Below are positions 49,476-60,800 of a DNA stretch of 64,000 nucleotides, piece by piece. A program made the translations under genes and the position numbers. Under the pieces are notes generated by a model. That model searched no databases and was not told the DNA's origin. It saw only the letters and a list, made by a program, of their open reading frames with translations. How positions within the stretch are numbered: the first letter of the stretch is position 1; each line of letters begins with the position of its first letter. Source of the DNA: Enoplolaimus lenunculus (lineage: Eukaryota); assembly GCA_030248215.1 (NCBI GenBank), contig JASANG010003765.1, positions 62,001-126,000 of the forward strand, given 5' to 3'.

Positions 49476-52400
49476 TTATGCTGGACCCCGGGCTAAAAAC
49501 TTTCAAAATTGTCGTTAATATTTCAGCAATGGTTCTATCAAACGCAATTCTAACATTCTTCACTATCGTTAATATTAAAAACAGCTGACAGTACAATGAA
49601 CTTGATCTGCTTCAAAAAAACAATTAAAAACCTACGACAAGTGTATATATACGTTATGTCTCAGACATTTTTTCTATATTGAATTTTTTTCGCCACTGTA
49701 TATGCTGTTCATTCTGATGAGAAAACTACGTGAAAATTCATTCCGTAATGGGAATATATATGTTTTCCATTTTCCCACGGGAATTATTGCTACTATAACA
49801 TATGTCGGCCAATTTTTTAAACAAGATGCGACCGGATTGTACTCAAAATATAAAATTAACTACGTTTTTATACTGGTAGAAAAGATTTGATAAAAGTTTT
49901 CTTTTTCAACGAAACCCTATATTTATACAGAGCATTTATACGAACGTAAGACATATGTTCATTGATATATAACTCAAAATATATAATTGATATGACCCTG
50001 TCTGTAAAGTTGGTCTCTCTTCGTCTCTGTCTGTAGTCACTGTGGCAATGTACATTCGAAATGTACCCACATTTTTAGAGTTTTCAATGAAATTTGTCCC
50101 GTATCGTTGATAAAGAAATAAGGATAACTCAAAAGTTTAATACTTTTTTCGTTTACAAATCATTTTTAATGTTCACAAAATCACAAAATTTTCTGTGTCA
50201 TAAATTGCGGTAAAATATAGTTTGAAAAATGTTACAAAGGGCATATACAAGAATGTAGTATAATTCAAGGTGCGACCGGAGGTAAAAATTACCGGCGCCG
50301 GAGGTCAACAAAACTTGCCGTAAGTAAAGTCAAATTAGGTAGTTAAAATATTGTTAAGTTCCCTAACTTAAGCAAATACATGTAAAGTGTTGTTAAATCA
50401 CTTTGCTGTAGGCGTATTTTTTAACAAATCTCTGCCAATTTTTTGTACCAAAAGTTAAAGAAATCTATGCGAAATTTCACTACCGGAATTGCTGGAAACT
50501 TCGGCAGAAATTGTACCAGAGCCAGAGGTGAGGTCGATTTTCTGCCGGACCATTGCCAGACCTCCGGATGTATCTTGTGGACCCTGCGGAATATAGAGAT
50601 TATATCCCCTCTCAAACTTCTAATTACACCAAAAACACACTTAACAAGCGTTAAGAATAACATTTTGATGAATTTTCGAGGTCAAAAAAGTATTGTTATA
50701 CTACTGAATTGCGAAAGACAAATATAGTGGCGGATCGAGAGTTTTCCGAAGGAAAAGAATACTTTTGTGTGCCAAAATTTTACAGTTTTAACGGGCGTTT
50801 TTGGCAAATTTTTCGATTAACAAACACAGTACGACGAGAATGAGATGAAAAAATTTGCATCGCAAAATTTTTCGCTTTCCATCCGCCTGTATCTTCCACT
50901 GTAAAAGTAAGATTCATATCGAGCTAAATTTTCACTAATCTTTCATTGCACCACTGAGTTTAAACCGCTTTGATACGAAATTTATTTAAACAAATATTAA
51001 AAAATTTGCAGCTTCGCTTGTGAGTCATGGATGCTAAAAACCAATTCTTATAATATTTAAGAAGGCAATTTTGGTACGCTTATGCAATATACTTTTAAGA
51101 CTTAACTTTAACACCAATTTCAGCGGTCCCAATATAATGGACTGTTTAGCGTTAAATTTGAGTTTTTCAACAGCCGGCAACGGCAAAAAATGACATAAAG
51201 AGTCGCGAAACCTTGGAGTACAGTCCACCAGTTGTCTTCATCAGATCAAGTAAGCAAACCTTGTCTTGCTTATCCGGTATACGATTTCGAAAATTTTATG
51301 CCTTCGGCGCTCTTGCAGTTAATCATTGCGTTATTCACTATTTGTCCTAACGCTCGCTTCGGTAGCGAGTTCTCTTTCGTCACTACATATTGCAATCCCC
51401 AACGTGTGTACTGCACCCCCATGTAAAGTATCTGTCTATTGTTTCTGAATAAAAGCTGGCTACACCTTGGATAACATACTTTATAAGTGAACCTCATCTC
51501 GCAAAGGGGGGCTCGGATAACCTAAGGTTCTGCTCATCCGCACGTTGAAATAAAAATATCAATGCATATGAAAGATAAATTGTTCGGAAACAAAACGTCA
51601 AAATATCCCGTGTGCACCTATCACAGCGTGTCCAATTCAAAAGTATTAGGGTTAGCATCACTTTTACGTTTATCATCCATATCTCACTTTTGTATACTGA
51701 TAGCTCGCTCGGAACAGGCAAAGCAAATTCTGTAAAAATATTTACTATAAATTACTCATAAAACAACACATAGACACTTGATGAGACACTGGGATATATG
51801 CATGTTATAGCCATAAAAAATCTCCATCAACAACACACTACAATGCAACCCGACTAGGAATTACAAAATTTTTAGCCAATGTATAGATCAAAGCCGTAAC
51901 AGCAGTATAAGCCTAAGCCTAAGCTTAAGAATGAGCTTAAACCTAAGCCTAATCCTAACAACAGGGATCAAAACAAAAATTGTGCGTTACGATCCAGTGC
52001 ACTAAAATGGTGCTCGGCTTCTCGCTTATTTCATTCGAGAGCTTTTTTCACACGTCCTTTATAATAAATGCTGGATTATCCACTAGGACTTCCCCACTGT
52101 ACTATTATATTTTCTATTATTTTGCAAAGACTTCGAAGAACGTTCATAAGTTCTTTCCACCAAACATTTTTTCGTTATACGGTGAAATTTCAAGTCTGCC
52201 GCATAGAAGAAAGCACACTGTGCAAGTAAGCATTACATTCGTAAGAAATGATAAGCAAAGTATAAATTAATTTACTCGCTTTCAAAAACGAATCACATAT
52301 CGCATATGTTCCAAAGCAAACACTTACCACAGAAACTTAAATTTACAAACAGAATTCTCAAATAACTAACTGACGGTCCTATTGACGGCAACCACCAAAA

Positions 52401-55024
52401 TAGCAAAACATTTTTAAATAATTATATTTGTACAGTTTTCGAAATCAAATTTCACACTTCACTGGGCTTCAATAAATGGCCTAAATTTAAATATTGTTCA
52501 GTGTTTGGTCAAATACATATCCTATTATTGCAAATAGGTGATAAGTGCTACACACATTTCCAACATCGGCAGTTTTCGTACAATTTCAGCAATACTGATG
52601 TACATATTAATATTAGAGAGATATTGCGATTAGTACAGATAAACTTAAAACATATTTATTTAAAATTAAAGTTAACGACAGCATAAACAAGTAAGGGTTT
52701 CAGTGTTTTAAACCAGATGATTTTTAGCTGCCAGAAGCTTACGTGTCACATACGAATTAGAGGTTTAATAAATGTTTAGAAACCTGACTTAAATTTAAGT
52801 TTCACTCAAATAAAATGTACTACAAATTCTAAATTATTGCGATAACGGAAATTTGGTAAAAGCTGCAAGTACGGCATTTTGGGCTGTTCCCGCAAAAAAT
52901 TCATTTTAGTATTTAGCGAAGCACAAATATTAATAGCGCAGTAGTAGTTTTTGACCAGTAAATAGATGAGTTAGACCGTAATTGCATTTAAGCATTTAGA
53001 ATAACAAAACATTTAGAAGTAAAATAAACGAACAAATTCTTCTAATTAATACATATAAACAGCATGTAAAACCTTTGTTTATGCCTGATATTATAGTGCT
53101 AGTGAAGTGTGTTGGGCACAAAAAATGTTTCGAAATACCGCAGAAATTGTTTTCAGTATTAATCCATGCTCAATGCAGTGTTAAATTTAGTGATGGTCAT
53201 CGGATATTTTTTTATATCTGGATATCCGACAATTCTTGCCGGATATTTATCCGGATATCCGGATACACGTTTGTTTTCGGATACATATACGAATATTTTT
53301 CACAACCGGATAACCGACTATCCGGATATGCGGTGCCTATCTGTAGTTAAATTATACATGACCACTTTTAAGTTTAATAGGTGCCTAAAATTTTGCAATC
53401 CGGCATAAAAAAGCTTTTGTACGCATCTATATATGTACGGCCAATGTATAAATCAACCGTGTGTAAGAATAGTATAAGCAAATTCCTAAGCCTATGCAAA
53501 AAATAGTCTAATGATTAAGCTTGCTCTATTGCAGTCCCACGGAAAAACGGTTCGCCTCTGATCTATACATAGGCCAAATCTACAAACAACAGTTTGACTA
53601 CACAGTGTAGATATTTACAGGTTACCATGACCGTAATGTAGATTTTGTGAATTTGTATTCTGAAGTCTACCACAATTAAAACAAACCTAATTTAAATTTG
53701 TTAATACTCACAATTGTACCTACCCCAACCTACACCAAGGTTCAAGCGTAGCTTTCAAATCGTGTTAATACCATATAACAAAAAAGATTATTTGAAAATT
53801 TACTCAAATAAAAAAAGGTTATTAACGCATAACTGCTCATCAAAACAACTTGAAATATTCTGACAAGTTAACAAATCAATCTAATCGTCAACTGTTCATA
53901 TTTGAATTCAAATCGCAATCCCTTATATGCTTGTATTCACATTCAAAGTTAAGGCTTCTTTTCTTAAACCTAAGCCTGAGCCTAACAGTAAACGTGGGCG
54001 ATGTGCACAAGAGGCAACTAATGTAAAATATCAAAACTTAAAACCAAAATCAAAAGAGTTCGAACTGCATTATTTTTGCACTTTTACACATTAACCCCCA
54101 TAGGTCAACCCCGTTTGCGTTGCTCGTGTCAGCTTTTCAACTGTAAACCTTGGCAAATTGCAGATTAGGAAAGTTACCTTTCAACTTTAATGAGCTGTAA
54201 TCTGTAAAGTTTTAATACAAAAAGAGTTTGCTCCGATGCTTCAGCGATGAAAATAAATTACAACAGACGAATATATATGAAACACAAAATAGTCAAAACA
54301 TTTAAAATAATTTATCACATATCACAGTCTTTATACTACACATGACACTAAACCAGATGAAAGAACAACATTTCAATTCCAACCAACAACACCACAACGA
54401 AACTTCTGTAATGATAACATTGAATCAACTTTTAACAAACACTGCTTCAACTTGGCAAAACAGTGCTTTATCGACATGTATTTAACAGCTTAAAAACAAC
54501 TTACTTCTATGTACAACCTTCTTTTACTATCCAACGAGCGGCTATTCATAGCCGGAGGGGCTTCGCAGAGTTAAGCCGTTATATTACAATTTTTCCCAAC
54601 CCCACAAAAGATTCAACATTGCTTGTAAGTCATCTAAAAAATCTTTGCATCTTTCTCCTGTGAGCAGGTTGCAGGCTTACTTAGAACTCCGTATTCGAAA
54701 TTAGTTCAAACATTTTAATATTTGAAAAACCGTAAATTTGAAACATTCATCACTATGTTGAATATATTTATCATCGTTATTTCTCAATTAAACCAGTTTA
54801 CTTGACATAAAAATTGAAGTCACTAGAAGTTTCACTGTAGTGTCGCGAGTTCCCGCAACATATTTAGTTTACACGTTCTACTTACACCACGCATTAACTA
54901 ATTGAGCCGTCACACACGAACACAATACAGTAGTTTTCAAACATATGGTACAAAACGCAAAATCTACGTTCAAAACTTCGTAATCACGTTTTATTTAATT
55001 TTTCATTTTTATCACTTGATTCTG

Positions 55025-55700
55025 GGACCCATATTATCAAATGCGTATAACACCTATCATCAATTAGCGATAAGTTTTCAAACAGACGAACATCTGCAGT
55101 TGCATCTCAAAATTGGTACAGAAGTAGGACAAATCAAACGCGAACTATGTGCTGAATTTCGAACTTCAGCTTGCACTGGTTTCAAAGTTACAGGACCTAT
55201 CACCAACTGGTGACAGATGCTACATACTTTTGAGAATACGGGCTTAGGGTTCGTATTCTCTAATGTGTGTAGCACCTATCACTAGTTGGTGATAGGTCTT
55301 GTAACTTTCGATCCAGTAAATGTTGACGCTCAAAATTCAGTACATTTTTCGAATATGACTTATTCTACTGTACCGATTTTGATTTCAATAAAACTGCGAT
55401 AGTTGCGGAGTCTGAAAACCTATTACTAATTAATGATAGTAGCTTTACACAATTGAGAATATGAGGCTAGGGCTTATCTGATCAAATCTGTATACGTAGC
55501 ACTTATCAATAGTTAGTGACAAAGTTTTGAAACTCACGAACTCTTACAGCTGCGAACTGTTAAGTTTTACTCAGAAGTAGAGCAAATCAAAGCTGAAAAA
55601 TGTGCTGACGTTCGAAGTACACCGTTCAATGAATGGCAAGTTACAAGACCTATCACAACTGGGAATAGGTGCTACAATATTTAAGAATACGGGCATAGAA
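55025..55700. repeat. Array of ~220-bp units in alternating orientation (long palindrome)
   Basis: Arms mirror around ~55245; third unit 55470-55700 is direct to the first; related single unit at ~20580-20790. Confidence 0.75.
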
Positions 55701-56704
55701 ATGAGGCACAACTTTACTCATTTCAATAAGTATTTATTAGCTTTAGTTTCACACGTTTGCAGCTCGAAAAACAATTTTTAAAATAAAATTGACGATATTG
55801 CAACATAAAACCGCAACAATATCTCGATTCGAATGCAAGCTAATCGACATTGCATCACCCAGCATCGTTGTCTTTCACGTAGCTAACAATGTGTTAACTA
55901 ATTTATTGTAAAATATTGCACAGTTGCAATTTAAATTTGAAACATTTAACCACTTCATTAGCGTGATTTAATTGCTGTTGCGTAAACAAAGAAATCAACT
56001 GAACGACTGCAGATATATATTCTAAACCAAAAATGTGCTTGACGAGTATTAACATGGGTTTAAGCTGACAGCTTTACTATGCAATTTCATAACTGTGCAA
56101 CTGGTGCCGGCAACTTTAAGCAGTATTAGTCAAAGATCGATAGTGATTTAAAAGCTATTAAAATATTATACTAGTCTGTTATTGTTCAATAATAACCAAT
56201 TCAAATCTTTGCACTAGAATATATACACATCAAATATCATACATAAACTAGACAATTGAAAATTTATTTAAAACCCAAATTTAGTTTAATTTAAACGTAA
56301 GGGTTGTGCTATATTTTTGCCCACGTGCAGATCCGTCGGTCACCCTCACGGTACCTACTCGGTACCGCCCGGCGCCGTCTGTCTCCCGTCTATCGCCGTT
56401 CGTACGATGACGTATTGTGACGGACGGTGACGGACGGCGCCGTACGGGTAACGGACAGTGACGGACGGCGCTGAACAAGAAGTATAGCGAAACCTAAACT
56501 TTTTTATTCATCAAAGAACCCGATTTGCTCAAGTATTTCATTTTGTCGATTTGAAATTGATTCCAAATCAAATATGTTTTGTAAAATTTGACATGTAAAG
56601 CTGAAACTTCGACTTGTATATGCTACAGCAAGAAAGTCGACAAGGAATGAACCATATTTATGCCACAGTTATGTCAACACCACCTAAAATTTCATAAAGT
56701 GCGC

Positions 56705-56905
56705 GGCCCATGTTACTTTAAGCTGCGTCCATGTTTCTGGTCGGTCTATAAAAGAGTAGGTTTAGATTCTAGATTACATTTTTGCTTAGGCTTAGGCTTA
56801 GGTTTAGGCTTAGCCTTGAGAACACATTTTTGTAACGCTTAGACTTAGGCTTAGGCTTAGGAATACGCATAATCCACTGTTACGCCCCTTAAAGTAATAT
56901 TGGCC
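56705..56905. mobile_element. MITE carrying (TTAGGC)n
   Basis: GGCCCATGTTACTTT / AAAGTAATATTGGCC ends; internal TTAGGC runs; homologous to 22539-22729. Confidence 0.8.
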
Positions 56906-57818
56906 AACTTTGCAATCGTTCATAAAACAATGGTTAAACGCTAAACAATTTGAACTCACGCCAACACAACTATTCTTAGCTTTCGTACACTTTCCTATAC
57001 ATTGCACTTTGTATTAAGTCTTAACCTCAGGCTTAGACTTGAAAAAAAAAGTTTGCCTATGTCTAAGCCTAACCCGTTGTCTTAGATATCGCTTAAACCT
57101 TAAATGTATGGAAACGTGTACAACAGCCTCTTTCTAAAGTGTACTTTTAGAAACAATAAATTAAAAGCATCCTGAGCGAATTAAAATTAATGCTACACAA
57201 ACCTTTTGTCCGAAACAGTTTTCCTTTCGTGGTAAATGTAACCACATAAATCGACCTACCAACGCCTCGTTTGTAACTAAAAGTCAGTCTGTCACCGGGG
57301 CTGCTGCAGACAACGCTTCAATTAACGCATACACGCGTTTGCAATTGACCACAAGTGCAGTTATGCAACAAATTCCACGTTGTGTCGACCAATACCGGTA
57401 GAAAACAAAATCAAATAAGACAAGGTTGCGCACAAAAATCGCTTGAAGGTGCGAAAAAGGTGTGGCTTGACCGGAGGCGTCCAAATGTAACGAAACCGAA
57501 ACGTCAACATCAAAATATTCATAGGTTACGATGTATGCAAACAATAGTAAAGTTCTCTTCTATTAGTCAACATAAGTAATAATTAAAACTATTTGTAATT
57601 CACATGCCTATTTAAACCGTAATTTTAACTAAATTAAATACAATAAAAATACTATTAAAAATAAACTTATCATATATTGCGGTTAAACTTTCTCAGAAGT
57701 TATCATGGACCGTTTTAGTCAAAATTGTTTCACCGTTTGTCAGGCGACATCAGATATAAATCTTTATTGGATTGTTAAGCATAGCACTGTTGTAGTAAAA
57801 CAAAAATTGGTTGTTCAA

Positions 57819-60800
57819 TTATGGCAGCCTTAACCCAAGTTGAAGTTGTAACTTTTGTAAAATTTCACCTGATGCCGAACTCGAAAAATCGATATGATTC
57901 TGGTCACTGCCTCCGCGAGCGTGTATGGCTACTGGTTGCGGCATATGAAATCCGTTTGCTAGCGGCGATGGTTTAGACGCATCTTGAACAACAGCCTGGC
58001 GAGGTTTCGGGAGACAAATGCCGTTTAAATTGACGCTGGCAAGTAAGCTGGAAAAGTTAGGAAGCACTGTTGGTGTAACCGCGGCCTTTGCTAGAATCTC
58101 TGAGCCTACTGATGTTACCTGGCTAGCTTGTGATGTTGTGATTGCCGAACAAGTTGCTGAAAATGGCGTTGTTCCATCAATGTTTGATTCGACGATATTA
58201 CATTTATCACTAGCCGTATTTTGCTCCCACTGCGCTGCGTCTTGAACTTTCCTAATTACTGAATGTGCGGGCGAATCCGTATTTTGACATTCAGCGTTAG
58301 ATTCAATTGCTAAAGAACGTCGCGCTGTCACGTGATTGCTATAAACACCCCAAGGTGCCAGTTCTGCACTTGGCGCAGATGTGCAAGCGTGACGCCGATG
58401 ATCAATTTGACGACTATTCCTGTTCATCGCCACAACTGATGCAAAATTTAGCTTCAAGGTTGGCAAAATTTTGCGTCGTTTCAATTCGAAGCTGTCGTGA
58501 TTTTCCAGTTGGTCTGATGAAATCCTTTGATGCGCCCGTTTCGCCGAGTTGGTACCCGTGTTGTTTGCCGCTGCATTAACTAATTCAAACTGATCGCCCG
58601 CAACATGTTCGTTAGCCGCTGGAGTTTGGCAGCGAAGCCTATTAGTTTCATCTACAAAAGACAGCGATTTTGACCGGATAAGATTTGAACTCAATGTGTT
58701 GATTGGTTTGCCTTCACTCAACTGGAACGAATACCTCGCTTGTTTTGCCATTGGTTGTCTTGTGCAGTGATTTGTGCTAGAATCAATACAAAATACATTA
58801 TCGTCATTTACTAAATCTTCCGTATTTCCTCCTGTGTTTGTTGATGTCGTTGCTGCTACTGTGCATGTTGGTGTTGTTGTTGTTGTTGATGATGATAATG
58901 ATGATGTTGTTGTTATTATTTTTGCTGTTGTTGTTGTTGTTGCTGTTGCTCCTGCTACTGCTGATGTTGTTGTTGTTGTTGTTGTGGTTGTTGTTCTTGC
59001 TGTTTTTGCTGCATTCTTCATTGGCAGAGAGAGTGCAATGTTCAACTGTTGTTGTGGTACTTGTTGGAGTTGTAGTTCTTGCAGCCGTTCTAATTGTTGA
59101 TGTTGTTCTTGTTGATGTTGTTGCGCAATACGTTGTTGCAGAGTCTGCGAACAACTTCGCAACAGCTGATCCAGTACATACGACGGACGCGATTGCTGGT
59201 CATGATTGAACGTAGGTTGCTCTTGTTGTTGTTCTAACACTTGTGGCTGTTGTTGTATCTCTTGCTGTTGTTGCATTTGCTGCTGCTGTTGTTGCGGTTG
59301 CTGTTGTTTTTGTTGTTGTTGTTGTTGTTGCTGTTGTTGTTGTTGTTGCAGCTGCTGTTGCTGCTGTTGTTGAAGTTGCAATTGTTTCAACTGCTGTTGT
59401 AACTGTAACTGATGTAATTGCTGTTGCAGATGTTGATGTTGCTTAGATTCTGACTGATTGAGTAAAAGTCCATGTTGCTGTTGAGGCGATTGTTGTGCAT
59501 TCATAGACGGTGCTGTTAATGCAAAAGATGGCCGGATACTGAGCGTGGCTGAAGTTGGTATTTGAGGATGTGGCCGTGATCCCGTCGCAGTCGAACTGAT
59601 ATCGTTGCCTGGAATATTGACACTGATACCAAGTTGAGGGAGTAATCGGCCATTTTGGGCGTTTAACGCAGCCGCAGCGGCAGCAGCCACAGCAGCAACT
59701 GCTAAATTAGCGCTATTTGATGTCATGGGTATTGATGGCGATTGTATTACTTGTTGCTGTTGTGGCGGCGGCGGTGGTAGCGGTTGTAATGGAAGTGGTT
59801 TTGATATTGTTGTTGCTGTTGCTGTTGCTGTTGCTGTGGTTGCTGTAGTTGCTGCAACTATTGATGTTGCGTTGGAATGGATATGAGGCGGTCTTATCAG
59901 CTGTAGATCGGGATCAAATCCAAGCGATTGCCGTCGTAAATAGTTGTGTTGCGGCGATACAAGGGGTGGTAGTATTTGTTGTGATGCTTTTCGTTGAGGT
60001 GGAGAAAAATACTGTTGTTGTTGTTGTTGTTGTTGTTGGTCTTGTTTTTGTTGTTGTTGTTGTTGTTGTTGTTGTTGCGCGACAGAATAGTTTGGTTGAT
60101 GAAATTGGGGAAAATGAGACGCGTTAATAGGTGATGGTCGGGCAACTAGTGGGCGCTGTACGTGCGGTGGTACGTAGATATTAGTTGGAATCGGACGAAT
60201 CGGCGACGCTAAACAAGTGGTTGACCCACTAATCAATTTCAAGCTTTGATAGTGACTAGTACTATTTGACAGACTAGCAAGGGCAACTTGGTCTGTTGTC
60301 ACCGGTACCTGAAAATAAAAATATATCTATTTTAACCATTTGCCGCATAGAGTATACTGGAACCAACACTGCGGTAATTCCGTTAATTGTGCAATCAAAA
60401 TAATAGACAGTGCGCAGTGGTGCCAAATACAAAATCTCCACAAGACGCAAAAGCCCTGTCGGTCTACAGCATCAAGCTATAATACATATTCGAAGTGTGA
60501 TCATAAGTGCATTCATTTCCAAAGTTCACAATTCAACTCGTAACTTAAAATTGCATTTTATGAAATTGAAATTATGCATGCGGGATATAGTACGCACGTA
60601 ATTGTGTTCGATGATGCAATAAAAATATCAGGCGTAAAATTGACAGACTATATAAATTGACTCGAAACAAATTGTTCAATTCTATTTTTTCTCATTCAAA
60701 ACCATTTCAAAGAAACTATCATTTCCTGCGGTGTATACAATTGGACGGGTAGAGAAGATATATTCTGTCCTGGACGTTTTTGAAACAGTTTTAGCCAGTT

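Noticed and set aside
58018..60145. Antisense and alternative-frame ORFs rich in V, L or N
   Set aside because: Shadows of the CAA/ACA repeats in the FoxP exon.
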